This document shows, one piece after another, positions 28,493 to 39,734 of a stretch of 64,000 nucleotides of DNA (position 1 is its first letter; each line of letters opens with the position of its first letter). The notes under the pieces are model-generated. The model was not told where the DNA came from, did not search any database, and worked only from the letters and a program-made list of their open reading frames with translations. The DNA lies in assembly GCA_963792175.1 (NCBI GenBank), contig CAWBVG010000034.1:85830-149829 (forward strand), given 5' to 3'. Both the position numbers and the translations under genes were made by a program. This DNA comes from an uncultured Acidobacteriota bacterium. GTDB lineage: Bacteria > Acidobacteriota > Vicinamibacteria > Vicinamibacterales > CAVVIG01.

Positions 28493-29806
28493 ATGATGCT
28501 TTGGTTCGTGTGCGCGTTGGCGGTCACCGCCGGCTCGGCCGGTCTGCAGCCGACGCCGCCCCCGCCGTCCCCGCCGTCCGCAACGGCCGACGCGTTCCGG
28601 ATCCAGGCGATGGTGCTGGAGGACGAGACCGCGCCGGTCGCGGTTCCGGAACCGAGCGAGCAGGCGATGCGGTACTACCGCTCCGGCAACGTGTTGTGGT
28701 TCGTCGAACAGGCGTGGTCGATCGCGGTGCTCGTCCTTCTGCTCGCGACCGGCCTGTCGGCTTCCCTGCGGAACGCCGCCCGGCGGATTGGCCGCAACTG
28801 GTTCTTCACCATCGTCGTCTACTTCGTGCTGTTCACGGTTGTCACCACGATCGTCGATCTGCCGCTCAGCTACTACACGGAGTACGTCCGCCAGCACGCC
28901 TACGGACTGTCGAACCAGACGTTCGGCAAGTGGTTCGGCGACACGTTGAAGTCGCTCGGCGTCGCCTGCATCGTCGGTGCGCTCGTGATGTGGGTGCCGT
29001 ACCTGCTGCTGCGCAAGAGCCCGCGGCGATGGTGGCTGTACACGGCGATCGCGCTGGTGCCCTTCATCGTCCTCGCCAACCTGGTCGCCCCGATCTGGAT
29101 TGCCCCGCTGTTCAACAAGTTCGAGCCGATGCAGGACAAGGCGCTCGAGCAGAAGATTCTGTCGCTCGCCGGCCGCGCCGGCATCGAAGGCAGCCGCGTC
29201 TATCAGGTGAACAAGAGCGTCGACACGAAGACGCTCAACGCCTACGTCGCCGGCCTGTTCGGCACGAAGCGCATCGTCCTGTGGGACACGACGCTGAAGC
29301 GGATGACGGATCGCGAGCTGCTGTTCGTGATGGGACACGAGATGGGGCACTACGTGCTCCACCACGTCTGGCAGGCGATCGCGTTTTCGGTGTTGATCCT
29401 CGCCGCGTCGCTGTACGTGGCGTACCGGACGGCGGACGCCGTCATCGCCCGATATGGCAGCCGCTGGGGATTCACGTCGCTGGCTGATGTCGCGTCGCTG
29501 CCGCTTCTCCTGCTGCTGATGTCGGCCTTCGGCCTCGTGGTGACGCCGCTCGAGCTGGCGTTCACGCGACACCTCGAGCACGAGGCCGATCGATTCGGGC
29601 TGGAGATTACGCAAACCAACCACAGCGCCGGCACGGCGTTCGTCAAGCTGCAGCAGGACGCGCTCGCCAACCCGCGTCCCGGACTGCTGTACAAGATCTT
29701 TCGCGAGAGTCATCCGCCGCTCGGGGAGCGGATTGATTTCGCCAACCAGTATCACCCGTGGACGACCGGTCAACCCCTGGAGTACGGAGGCAGATTCAAA
29801 CCATGA
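28493..29806 (+). CDS. M48 family (Ste24-like) membrane metallopeptidase
   Basis: IAPLFNKFEP, NAYVAGLFGTKRIVLWDT, GHEMGH, EHEADRFG, SHPPLGERI. Confidence 0.93.
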   Translation: MMLWFVCALAVTAGSAGLQPTPPPPSPPSATADAFRIQAMVLEDETAPVAVPEPSEQAMRYYRSGNVLWFVEQAWSIAVLVLLLATGLSASLRNAARRIGRNWFFTIVVYFVLFTVVTTIVDLPLSYYTEYVRQHAYGLSNQTFGKWFGDTLKSLGVACIVGALVMWVPYLLLRKSPRRWWLYTAIALVPFIVLANLVAPIWIAPLFNKFEPMQDKALEQKILSLAGRAGIEGSRVYQVNKSVDTKTLNAYVAGLFGTKRIVLWDTTLKRMTDRELLFVMGHEMGHYVLHHVWQAIAFSVLILAASLYVAYRTADAVIARYGSRWGFTSLADVASLPLLLLLMSAFGLVVTPLELAFTRHLEHEADRFGLEITQTNHSAGTAFVKLQQDALANPRPGLLYKIFRESHPPLGERIDFANQYHPWTTGQPLEYGGRFKP

Positions 29807-31815
29807 CCATCCGGTTTTCGATCGTCCGCGGAGCCGTGGCCGCGGGCGTGGTCGCGACGGCGTCCGCGGCCCTGGCGCAGGCCGGCGTGCAGAGCGCCGA
29901 TCTTCTCAAGCTGCGGTCGGTGTCCGGAGTCGAAGTGTCGCCGGACGCCACGCGTGTGGCCTACACCGTCGAGAACAACGACGGCGCCGGCCGTCCGTAC
30001 GGTCAGTTGTGGGTGATGACGATCGCGGACGGGAAGAGCGTGCGGTTTGGAGCGGACAAAGAGCCGTCCGGGAACCCCGTGTGGTCGCCCGACAGCCAGT
30101 GGATTGCCTATCGGGGCCGGGTCGGCGACAAGTCGGGCCTCGTCGTGGCGAAGCCTGACGGATCCGGCGCGAGGTGGCTCGCGGAACAGAGCGGCACGAA
30201 TGCGCCGCTTCCCGGATCCGGCAGCACGATCGCGTGGGCGCCGGACGGCAAGCGAATCGTGTTCGTGTCGTCCGTTGCCGGGCCCGAAACCGCGGACGCC
30301 ACCGGAGACCCCATCGTGATCACCCGGTATCTCTACAAGCCGGACGCTGCCGAAGGGATGACACGCTTCAACGACAACCGGCGGCTTCACCTGTTCATGG
30401 TGGACGTCGCGTCGGGACGCGTCGAGCAGCTGACCGACGGGGCGTTCTACGAACACTCGGTCGACTGGTCGCCGAATGGCCAGGAGATCGCCTTTCTCAC
30501 GAATCGCGACGCCGATCACGACGAGTTCTTCAACTACGACGTCTTCGTGATGAAGCTCGCGGACAAATCGATCCGGCGCGTCAGCGCGACCGAGAGCAAC
30601 GAGTATCACCCGCGCTGGTCGCCCGACGGAAAAATGCTGGCGTTCCAGGCGACGAAGCGCGGGCTCACCGATCGTGAAACGACGATGGAAGACACGCACG
30701 CGTGGGTCGTCAACGCCGACGGCGCCAGTCGTCGCGAAATCGGCACGATCGACAACCGCCAGGGCCCGCCCGAATGGACGCCGGATGGCCGCGCGCTGCT
30801 GTTCACGGTGCAGGAGCGCGGCAGCGTGCATCTGTATCGCCAGCCGATCGCGGGGGGCAAACCCGAGCTGGTGGTGGGCGATCGCGGAACGGTCAGCGGC
30901 TTCTCGATGTCCAGAACGGTGCTGGCCTACACGCTCGCGACGCCGTCCGATCTGCCGCAGTTGTACATCGCCGGCCGCAAGATGACCGATCTCAACGCGG
31001 ACGTGCTGCGCGGCAAACCGCTCGCCGACGTCGAATCGTTCACGTTCGTCTCGAATGACAACAAGTTCGAAGTCGAAGCGTTTCTCACGAAGCCGATCGG
31101 CCTCGCCGAGGGCACCAGGCATCCGCTCATCGTCAATATCCACGGCGGGCCGCACGGCCAGCAGGGACCGGCATTCAACTTCAAGAATCAGGTGTACGCG
31201 GCACGCGGCTGGGCGACGCTGATGGTGAACTATCGGGGCTCCACTGGCTACAGCCAGGCGTTCTCGGACGCGGTCTTCGCCGATCAGAACGGCAACGAAG
31301 GGCAGGACGTGCTCTACGGCGTCAGCGCGGCGCTGCGGCGCTATCCGTGGATCGATCGCGATCGCCTCGGCGTCGAGGGCACGAGCTACGGCGGTCAGCT
31401 CTCGACGTGGCTGATCACGCAGACGAACATCTTCAAGGCGGCCATCCCGACCGCGGCGATCACGAACATCATCAGCTACAACTACATGACGTACTACAAC
31501 CAGTACGAGGCGATGGAATGGGGCGTCTACCCCCATCAGGGCAACCTGATGGACACGCTGTTGCAGCGGTCGTCGATCCGCCACGTCGCCAACGCGCATA
31601 CCCCGACGATGCTGATGCACGGCGAGAACGACAACGACGTGCCGATTGCCGAAGCGGAGCAGTTCTACATCGGTCTCAAGGACGTCGGCACCGAAGCCGT
31701 GATGGTGCGCTACCCCCGCGAAGGACACGGCATCCGCGAATCAAAGCACGTCGTCGACAGCATCGATCGGAGCATCCGTTGGTACGAGAAGCACTTTTCG
31801 CGGCCCAGGTCTTAG
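29803..31815 (+). CDS. S9 family peptidase with beta-propeller
   Basis: Signal peptide, WSPDG repeats, IHGGPH, NYRGSTGY, GTSYGG nucleophile, HGENDNDV, YPREGHG. Confidence 0.93.
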   Translation: MTIRFSIVRGAVAAGVVATASAALAQAGVQSADLLKLRSVSGVEVSPDATRVAYTVENNDGAGRPYGQLWVMTIADGKSVRFGADKEPSGNPVWSPDSQWIAYRGRVGDKSGLVVAKPDGSGARWLAEQSGTNAPLPGSGSTIAWAPDGKRIVFVSSVAGPETADATGDPIVITRYLYKPDAAEGMTRFNDNRRLHLFMVDVASGRVEQLTDGAFYEHSVDWSPNGQEIAFLTNRDADHDEFFNYDVFVMKLADKSIRRVSATESNEYHPRWSPDGKMLAFQATKRGLTDRETTMEDTHAWVVNADGASRREIGTIDNRQGPPEWTPDGRALLFTVQERGSVHLYRQPIAGGKPELVVGDRGTVSGFSMSRTVLAYTLATPSDLPQLYIAGRKMTDLNADVLRGKPLADVESFTFVSNDNKFEVEAFLTKPIGLAEGTRHPLIVNIHGGPHGQQGPAFNFKNQVYAARGWATLMVNYRGSTGYSQAFSDAVFADQNGNEGQDVLYGVSAALRRYPWIDRDRLGVEGTSYGGQLSTWLITQTNIFKAAIPTAAITNIISYNYMTYYNQYEAMEWGVYPHQGNLMDTLLQRSSIRHVANAHTPTMLMHGENDNDVPIAEAEQFYIGLKDVGTEAVMVRYPREGHGIRESKHVVDSIDRSIRWYEKHFSRPRS

Positions 31816-31887
31816 CCAGCAGCCGGTTCGACGCCAGACGTTCACAACCAGCGGCCAGCCGGCGCCGCCGCCGTCACCCGTGCGCTG

Positions 31888-32355
31888 GTGTCGGGGGTGT
31901 CGATCGCCGCACCGGATCAGATGGGCGCGCTGCCGGCAGACGCCCTGAAGCGCGCCGACGTCTACCGCGAGCGCGAGCGGCAGTTCAGGAGCGGCCTGAC
32001 GCCGCCGAAGGGCGGCAGCGACGAAGAACTGCAGCTCTACGAAAGCCGCGTGCGTGTCGAGCGCGTGATCGTTTCGCTGTTCGACAGGCAGGACGCTCCG
32101 AAGGTGGCCGCTGGCTTTGCGCTCGACGTCGACCTCGATCGCGAGGCGCCGTTCATCGACGAGCTGTTGCGGAATCTGCCGGTGCCGTGGCTGGCGCCGT
32201 ACCTCAATCTCATCGCCGGCCATCGAAAGTTGTGCGCGGGAGCGACCGAGGATGGGCGCCGGCAGCTTGCCCGCGCCCGCGACGGCGGCCACCCGCTGAT
32301 TCGCGTGGCCGCGCTACATCTGCTCGACGGTGTAGCCTTTTGCCCTGAGCAGTGA
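31888..32355 (+). CDS. Hypothetical protein
   Basis: ORF with host-like codon pattern filling the gap between S9 and TraB genes; start uncertain. Confidence 0.45.
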   Translation: MSGVSIAAPDQMGALPADALKRADVYRERERQFRSGLTPPKGGSDEELQLYESRVRVERVIVSLFDRQDAPKVAAGFALDVDLDREAPFIDELLRNLPVPWLAPYLNLIAGHRKLCAGATEDGRRQLARARDGGHPLIRVAALHLLDGVAFCPEQ

Positions 32356-33204
32356 GATCAGACCGTCGGGGCCGACCAGATGCGCGGCGCCGACGACGAC
32401 GAAGGTGCGGCGCTTGCGGGCGAAGAGCGCCTCGAGCTTGGGGATCCACGCCTTGTTGCGGTCCACGAGCAGGCGCTGATACAGCTGCGGCTCCTGCCGG
32501 AGCGCCGACAGCACGATGCGCTCGACGGTGGGCGCGTCGCCCGCCTTCCAGGCTTCCATCAGCTTCGCCATGTTGGCCTGCTCGGTGTCGATTTCCTTCA
32601 GCGTCTCCGCCAGCAGATGGTCCTGCTCGGCCATCGTCATGCCGTCGAAGAGCGACATCTGGAAGTCGAGCGTCTCCAGTCCCTGAACGCTCTTGCCGGC
32701 GCCCTGCGCCAGATCGTAGAAGTGCTTGTCGAGGCCGAGCTCGGGATCGTAGCCGGCCTTCTGCCACTGCATGACCTCGAGCATCTGCGCCACCATCCAC
32801 GGCTTCAGCAGTTTCAGCGGCTCGACCGGGACGCCGATCTCGGCGGCACGTTTGGTGAGCAGGGCGTAGGTGGCCGGCGAGAGGACCTTGTCGAGCGGCG
32901 TGCTGGAGGGCAGCATGCCGCGGCTGAGAAACGCCATCTGGGCGCCGACGCCCATCTCGCCGAGATCCGCCTCTTCGACCAGCAGGTCGGATTCCTTGAA
33001 CGCGGTTTCGAGCGCCGGATTGAGCGGATAGGAGTCCTTCGCCAGGAGGTGCACCGATCCGACGAGGTACATGGTCCCGCCGGACTTCGAGGTCGCCTTC
33101 CACAGAAAATTCCGCGCGGGCGCCGCCTCGAGCGACGCCGCCACGAGCACGGCCGCAATGGCGGCGGCGGGGCGTCGCAGAGCGGAAAACCGGGTCCGAT
33201 TCAT
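32314..33204 (-). CDS. TraB/GumN family protein
   Basis: FLWKA, YLVGSVH, LKPW, GLD, GLET, LLVDRNKAW, FVVVGAAHLVG. Confidence 0.9.
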   Translation of the reverse strand: MNRTRFSALRRPAAAIAAVLVAASLEAAPARNFLWKATSKSGGTMYLVGSVHLLAKDSYPLNPALETAFKESDLLVEEADLGEMGVGAQMAFLSRGMLPSSTPLDKVLSPATYALLTKRAAEIGVPVEPLKLLKPWMVAQMLEVMQWQKAGYDPELGLDKHFYDLAQGAGKSVQGLETLDFQMSLFDGMTMAEQDHLLAETLKEIDTEQANMAKLMEAWKAGDAPTVERIVLSALRQEPQLYQRLLVDRNKAWIPKLEALFARKRRTFVVVGAAHLVGPDGLISLLRAKGYTVEQM

Positions 33205-34685
33205 CGGGAGCCTTTGGGTTTCATGAACGCCTCAATCTCCTCGATGGTCCGGGGGACGGCCGAAGACAGGCGGCGCAGGCCGGTCGATTCGAGGAGGAAG
33301 GAGTCTTCGATGCGGACGCCGATGTCTGCATACTTCGTCACGGCCGGCTGCACTTTCTCGATCAGCGCGTTGTTCTCCGGCGTCCTGGGCAGCGCGTCGA
33401 GCGCGCCCTGGCGGATGTAGATGCCAGGTTCGATCGTGAACGCCATGCCAGCCGCGAGCGGCCCCTTGCGATCGCCGACGTCGTGGACGTCGACGCCGAG
33501 GAAATGCGCCGCGCCGTGCGGATACCACATCTTGTACTGGTCGCCCTTCGTATCGGTGATGAGGCCCAGCTTCAGCAGGCCCGCCTTGATCACCTCGACC
33601 GTCTTGTTGTGCACGTCCTGCAGCGATACGCCGGGCCGCGCAGCCGCCATCGCTTCCTCCTGAGCCTGCAGCACGATGCGGTAGATGTCCTTCTGGAGCG
33701 GCGAAAACGTGCCGCTGACCGGGTAGGTACGCGTGATGTCGGCCGCCATGTAGCCGTAGTTGCAGGCGGCGTCGACCAGCAGCAGTTCGCCGCTCTGCAT
33801 CTGACGCTCGCCGCGCGGGTAGTGCAGGATGGTGGCGTTCGGCCCGCTGCCGACGATCGACGGATAGCTCCACGACACGGCGCCGCGCCCTCGCTGTACC
33901 GCCTCGATCGCCGCCAGCACTTCGTACTCGTACGCGCCGGCGTGAGCGGCGCGCATGCCGGCCATCTGCGCCTCGCCGGAAATCTCCACGCTCTTGGTCA
34001 GGATCCGCTGCTCGTACGGCGTTTTGACCGCGCGCAGCCCGGTCAGGATCGGCGACGCGTCCGCCACCTGGAATCCGACGTAGCGTTCGCGGATCTTCTG
34101 GGCGAACTCCAATTCCGGCGTCAGCGGGGCGTTCAACGGACGCGGACCGAGCGCGAGCGCGACGCGCCCGCGGCCGGCCGACAACGCCTCGTAGAACCGT
34201 GACGCGTCGATCGGATCCTCGTCGCCGCCAACCGGCAGCCGGTTCAGGAAGCCGGCGATGACTTCGTCGAACTGGCTGGCGCGGAAGACGCGGTCGACGC
34301 CGGTCTGGCTTTTCGCTTGCTCCAGTGTCAGCAGCGTCCCGGTCCATTGCTCGCGCGCCGGGTTGCGGTCCTTCACGAACAGCAGCTCGCGTTGCGTCTT
34401 GTTCCCCGGCATCAGCACGAGGATCGTGTTCTCCTGCGTCAGACCGGTCAGGTAGTACAGGTTGCTGTCCTGCCGGTACTCGTAGTCGATGTCCAGTGAG
34501 TAGCGTTGTGATGGCGCGCTCCACAGGATCAGCATCGCGTCGGGTCCGAGCTTCTCCATCACCCGCGCGCGCCGCGCCTTGACATCGTCCGTGAGCTCGC
34601 TGGCTCGCGCGGCTGCACCGGCGAACAGCAGAACGATCGCGAGTGCGGAGCACCGAATCCTGCGAGCCGAGATTCCACAAGTCAT
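33201..34685 (-). CDS. pepP: Xaa-Pro aminopeptidase (M24B)
   Basis: YRQDSNLYYLTG, YPSIVGSGPNATILHY, LVDAAC, ADITRT, HFLGVDVHD, TIEPGIY, GVRIED; TAGAAT-N7-ATG 34685. Confidence 0.9.
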   Translation of the reverse strand: MTCGISARRIRCSALAIVLLFAGAAARASELTDDVKARRARVMEKLGPDAMLILWSAPSQRYSLDIDYEYRQDSNLYYLTGLTQENTILVLMPGNKTQRELLFVKDRNPAREQWTGTLLTLEQAKSQTGVDRVFRASQFDEVIAGFLNRLPVGGDEDPIDASRFYEALSAGRGRVALALGPRPLNAPLTPELEFAQKIRERYVGFQVADASPILTGLRAVKTPYEQRILTKSVEISGEAQMAGMRAAHAGAYEYEVLAAIEAVQRGRGAVSWSYPSIVGSGPNATILHYPRGERQMQSGELLLVDAACNYGYMAADITRTYPVSGTFSPLQKDIYRIVLQAQEEAMAAARPGVSLQDVHNKTVEVIKAGLLKLGLITDTKGDQYKMWYPHGAAHFLGVDVHDVGDRKGPLAAGMAFTIEPGIYIRQGALDALPRTPENNALIEKVQPAVTKYADIGVRIEDSFLLESTGLRRLSSAVPRTIEEIEAFMKPKGSR

Positions 34686-34739
34686 GTCCAGCATTCTACC
34701 GTGCTATCCTCGCGCTCCCCCATCAGCCAGGAGCGTTGC

Positions 34740-35774
34740 ATGAGTCGTGAACAGAGTCCCGGATCCGCTGCCCTGCCGCCCCACGCCCAATTGATCCAGA
34801 TGGGGACGGGATCCTGGGTCTCCGCGATCGTCTATGCGGCGGCCAAACTGGGCCTGGCCGATCACCTGGCCGCCGGACCGAAAAGCGCCGCCGAACTCGC
34901 CGGCGCGACCGGTACGCACGCGCCGTCGCTGCATCGCTTGATGCGGACGCTGGCCAGCCTCGGCATCCTCACGGAAGGAGACGCCCAGCGGTTCGCGCTG
35001 ACGCCGCTCGGCGAGGCGCTCAGGACCGGCGCGCCCGGATCGGCGCGGGCCACGCTGCTGGCGTTCTGCAGCCAGTGGTTCGGGCGCGGTTTTGAGGAGA
35101 TGCTCTACTCGCTGCAAACCGGCAAGACCGGCTTCGAGAAGGCGGTCGGCATGCCGGTCTTCGAGTACCTGGGGCAACACCCGGAGGACGCGTCCAATTT
35201 CAGTGAAGCCATGGTTGGCTTCCACGGCGCCGAGCCGCCGGCGGTCGCCGCGGCCTACGACTTCTCCGGCGTCAAGACGGTTGTCGACGTCGGCGGCGCG
35301 ACGGGCAACATGCTGGCGGCGATCCTGTCCAGACATGCGGGACCGCGTGGTGTGCTGTTCGATCGCCCGCACGTGGTGCGCGACGCGCCCGCGCTGCTGA
35401 AGGCGCATGGTGTCGAGGAGCGCGTGACGATCGAGCCGGGCAATTTTTTCGAGTCGGTTCCTGCCGGCGGCGACGCGTATGTGCTGTCGCACATCATCCA
35501 CGACTGGACGGAAGACCAGTGTCTGACCATCCTCGGCCATTGCCGGAACGCGATGAAACCGGATGGCCGTCTCTTGATTGTCGAGATGGTGCTGCCCGCG
35601 GGCGATACGCCACATCCGGGAAAGATCCTGGACATGGTCATGCTCGTCATACCCGGAGGGCAGGAACGCACAGAGGCCGAGTACGCGTCGCTGCTCGGCA
35701 AGGCCGGTTTCCGTCTCGCTCGCGTCGTGCCGACCGCGTCCGCCGTGAGCGTCGTCGAAGCCGTAGTGGCGTGA
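34740..35774 (+). CDS. O-methyltransferase (dimerisation + Methyltransf_2)
   Basis: AGGAG RBS; LHRLMRTLASLG, YDFS, VVDVGGATG, GNFFESVP, SHIIHDW, GGQERT. Confidence 0.92.
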   Translation: MSREQSPGSAALPPHAQLIQMGTGSWVSAIVYAAAKLGLADHLAAGPKSAAELAGATGTHAPSLHRLMRTLASLGILTEGDAQRFALTPLGEALRTGAPGSARATLLAFCSQWFGRGFEEMLYSLQTGKTGFEKAVGMPVFEYLGQHPEDASNFSEAMVGFHGAEPPAVAAAYDFSGVKTVVDVGGATGNMLAAILSRHAGPRGVLFDRPHVVRDAPALLKAHGVEERVTIEPGNFFESVPAGGDAYVLSHIIHDWTEDQCLTILGHCRNAMKPDGRLLIVEMVLPAGDTPHPGKILDMVMLVIPGGQERTEAEYASLLGKAGFRLARVVPTASAVSVVEAVVA

Positions 35775-36283
35775 TGAACGTGTTCTGGGTCGAAGGACCG
35801 TGGCCCGGCCGGCTTGGCATCGTGCCGCGGCCACGCGGCGGCGCGTTGACGGACGAGGCGACAGCCTGGCGTGCCGCCTCGATCGACGTTGTCGTCTCCC
35901 TACTGGAGCCCGCGGAGGTTTCGCTGCTGGGACTGGAAGGCGAAGCCGCGGCGGCGTTGGCACACTCGGTGGTCTTCCGAGCGTGTCCAATTCCGGATGG
36001 CGGCATCCCTCCATTCCGCAACGCCGTTGCCGAACTGATCGCCGAGTTGATCGATACGCTCCAGGGCGGCAACAACGTCGCTGTTCACTGTCGCCAGAGC
36101 ATTGGACGTTCGGGGATGGTCGTGTGCGCGGTTCTTGTCGCGGCTGGCGTCGATCTCGCCGCCGCACTCCGGGTGGTCGCCGAAGCGCGCGGCGTCGAAG
36201 TTCCTGAAACGGAGGAACAGCGACAATGGCTTAGTGAGTTTGCGGCGTGGCTGGCTTTCGCATCAGCCTCAACAGAGCCGTGA
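35774..36283 (+). CDS. Dual-specificity / tyrosine protein phosphatase family
   Basis: ATG overlaps upstream TGA; PRPRGG, VVSLLE, PIPDGG, VHCRQSIGRS (CX5R), VPETEEQ. Confidence 0.88.
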   Translation: MNVFWVEGPWPGRLGIVPRPRGGALTDEATAWRAASIDVVVSLLEPAEVSLLGLEGEAAAALAHSVVFRACPIPDGGIPPFRNAVAELIAELIDTLQGGNNVAVHCRQSIGRSGMVVCAVLVAAGVDLAAALRVVAEARGVEVPETEEQRQWLSEFAAWLAFASASTEP

Positions 36284-36320
36284 CCGTCTGCTGGGGAATG
36301 GCGGCGGCACTTTTCGTCTG

Positions 36321-38876
36321 TTACTCATATTCGAGCGCCTCCACGAGCGATCCGCGCACCGCGGCTTCGGACGGCCAGAGCGCGGCCAGAAACGCCGCTC
36401 CAAGAATCGTCGACGCGACAACGAACGCGACCATCGTCGGAAACTGATAATCGAGCTGCATGCCAGCGACATCGTGCCGGACGATCTCTAGCACGTAGTA
36501 CAGATTGATCGCGCCGAGCGCGAAGCCGAGCGCGATGCCGATGCCGCTGGTTGCTAGCGCCTCCATCCAGATCGTGCGCCGGACTTGCCGCTTCCTGGCG
36601 CCGAGGGCGCGCAGCACGCCGAGCTCGCGCCGCCGGTCCGTAATCGACACCGTCAGCGTGTTCACGATCCCGAGGATGGCGACGAGCACGGCGACCGCGA
36701 TCTGCAGGTACGTGAGACCAAACCACTGATCGGTGATGCGCAGCACGTAGTTCTTCAGCTCGTCGTTGTTCAACACGAACACCTGCCGCTGGCCGGCGTA
36801 GCGCTCGAGAATCCGCCGCCTGACGTCGGCGATGCGCGCCTCCGGCGAGAGATACACGCGATAGAAGTTGACCGAGTCGTCCTGCCAATATTGCTGGAAG
36901 AGCGATCGGTCGATCAGAATCGACCCCTGCTGATCGGTGTAATCGACGATGATTCCGGCGATCGGCAATCGAATGGCGCCGCCCGGCGCGGTGAGCTCGA
37001 CGATCTCACCGGCGTGCAGCCGGTGAAGTCGCGCCAGGTTGTCCGACACGACTACCCCGCGGCCGGCCGCCGCATCCGCGAACATGTTGCGGCCTCCCGC
37101 CACGATGCGCACCGGAATGAGTTCTTCGATGCTCAACATATCAGCGGCGATGAGCATCACAGGTCTGCCCTGGAACACGACGTGCGCTTCGCGTACCGCC
37201 TGCAACCGCCGCACGCCGGCAACTCCCTCGAGCTCCTTCGTCATGCTGTCGGGGAAGCGGATCGTTCGCATGACAATGTCAGGCGACGGCGTGACGTAGA
37301 GGTCGGGATTGAGCATCGTCCGCGCCCATTCCATGATCGAGCCGTGACTAGCGCGCGCCATTCCGCCGAACACCACCGCCAATGCAATCGACAGCATCAG
37401 CGCGGCGACCGTCGCCGAGGTGCGGCGAGGGGCCTGGATGAGGCTGTCGGCGGCGAGCGCTCCTTCGACCGGACGCAGCCATGTGAGCAGTGGTCTGCTG
37501 AGACGTGCGAGACTCAGCGACAGGAGCGGGGCGACGACCAGCACGGCCGCGATGGCCAGCAGATAGCTGGTGTAGAAGATCGCCCGCGTGCTGCCAACGA
37601 GCAGACAGACAATCGAGACCACGCCCGCCGCGATCGCCGTGAGGACGCGAACGCGGTGCGCTTCACCGAGAATACTGCTGCGACTTGCCTTTCTGGAGCG
37701 CGTGCACCGGTTCAACGCGCGCAGCGGCGCGCGCCGGAATGAACGCGCCGACGAGGCTTGTGGCGAGGCCGATCGCGGCGGCGGCCAGCAGCAGAGCCGG
37801 GCTGACGAGCACCTCTCCGATTCGCGCGCTGCGCCGAACGTGTCGCTGACGAGCGCCGTGACCGAGGCAGCGATGCCTCGGGCGATGAGGAGTCCGGCCA
37901 CCACTCCGAGTGCCGATCCGATCAGACCGGTAACGACGCTCTCCCCGAGAAACAGCCACCGGATCTGTCCGCGAGTCGCGCCAAGCGCGCGAAGAATGCC
38001 GATTTCCGACCGGCGCTCCGTCACCGCAATCGCAAACGAGTTATAGATGATGAACATGCCGATGAACGAGCGCGAACAGGCTCGAAGCGCCCATCATCAG
38101 CGTGAACGCGGCGATCATCGCTTCGAACTGCTGGCCGCGTTCCGCCGGCGGATCAATCTGGAACCCTGCCCCGAGGAGTTTCTGCGAGTTCGCCCGTTCC
38201 GTCACGAATGGTGCGGCCGCCGGTCAGCGCGAGATCGATTCGATCGAAGCGTGCGGCCGCGGCCGAACATCTTCTGAGCCGCATAGATATCCATCACCGC
38301 CAGATTCCCGCCGAATGCCGTCGCCAGCCCCGTCGCTTTCATGATCCCGCGCACGGTGAAACGTTTTTCTCCACCGACGGTGCCGAGCGGTAGCGTGCTG
38401 CCGACGGACAGGCCGTTCGTCTCGGCGAACCGCTTGGAGACCATGATCGAATCGGGCTGCGCGAGAAACACCAGCGGGTCGTCGATCACCGCCTCGTCGC
38501 CGCTCTCCAGATCGTAATCACGCAGGCTGCGATCGCCGGTGAGGTCGACGCCGAGAACGAGGAGACTGCCTTCGCCGCGGATATTCGTGTTCGCCACCGC
38601 TTCGATCACGGGAACGGCGACGCGCACGAACGGCGACGACTGCACGCGCTCCAGCACCTCTTCGCGGAAAACCGGTCTCGCCGGCCGACACCTGCAGCTC
38701 GGTCCGGCCCGCGATGCGATCGACGGTTCTCGAAAATGCAAGCAGCACGCTCGCGTTCGCGCTGTTCATCCCGACGAAGACCGCGACGCCCAAGTACGAT
38801 GCCGGCCGCCGTCAGAATCGTCCTGAGGCATGTGCTTGCGGACGTACGGCCACGTGATCAGTCGGAGCAGGATCAT
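36321..38876 (-). CDS. FtsX/MacB-like ABC transporter permease; several frameshifts
   Basis: MILLRLITWPYVRKH, GVAVFVG, AVTERRSEIGILRALGATR, RRRELGVLRALGA, VEALEYE; ATGA overlap with upstream hydrolase. Confidence 0.85.
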
Positions 38877-39734
38877 CGCTGCACCCAAGAAGGGCGAATG
38901 CCGAAGCGGCTGCGCAGGAACGGAAGGACCAGAGCGCGGGTGCGATCCGGTTCGTCGATCATCGGCCAGTGGCCGGCGCCCTCGATGACGTGCACCTCGG
39001 CATCGAAGAAGCGTTTTTGCGTCTCGGCGTAGCGCACCGGAATATTCGGGTCACCGCGTCCCCACACGACGAGCGCCGGCAGGCGCGTGGCGCGAGAGCG
39101 CCTCGCCCTGCTTCACCGACGAAACCTCAGACGCGGACGTGGCGCGATAAAGCGACAGCACAGCCCTGCGCGCTCCCCGGTCCCACTGTTGGAACATCCG
39201 ATCGAGGATTCGATCAGGCAGCGGCTTCGGGTTGTCACGGTTCAGAGTCACCTTGAAGCGCGCTCGCGTTATGGTGAACATGGACAGCTCGCCGGCGAGC
39301 GGCGTCCGCCACAGCCGGGCGTACTTGTGATACCGATAGCCCGGCAAGACCCCGACGTTGATCAGCACCAAGCTCGCCACGCGCAGCGGATTGGCCGCGG
39401 CCCAGGCGAGGCCCCAGGGTCCTCCGAAGTCGTGAAGCACCAGGTGGCTCCGCGACACGCCGAAGTGCGTCATCACGGCGTCGAGGTGGCGTGCGAAACC
39501 CTCGACGGTGTACTCGAAGTGGGCCGCGCGCTCCGATCCGCCGAAACCCGGCATGTCAGGGGCGAGCGCGCGGGCGAAATCGCCGACGTAGGGCTGGAGT
39601 TCGGCGAAGTCCTCGCTCGAACCGGGGTTGCCATGCACGAACACGACGGCTTCGGACCCGTCGGGCGGTCCCGTTTGACGGACAAAGGTACGGACGCCCT
39701 GCACGAGGACGTCTGTCGCAACAACCTTTGCCAC
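38873..39734 (-). CDS. Alpha/beta hydrolase (haloalkane dehalogenase/epoxide hydrolase-like); frameshift near 39080
   Basis: VFVHGNP, APDMPGFGGS, LVLHDFGG, WGRGDP, GAGHWP. Confidence 0.88.

Noticed and set aside
31813-31888. Read-through fusion of the S9 peptidase with the downstream in-frame ORF
   Set aside because: The peptidase ends at the normal family C-terminus (WYEKHF); in-frame position has a one-in-three chance
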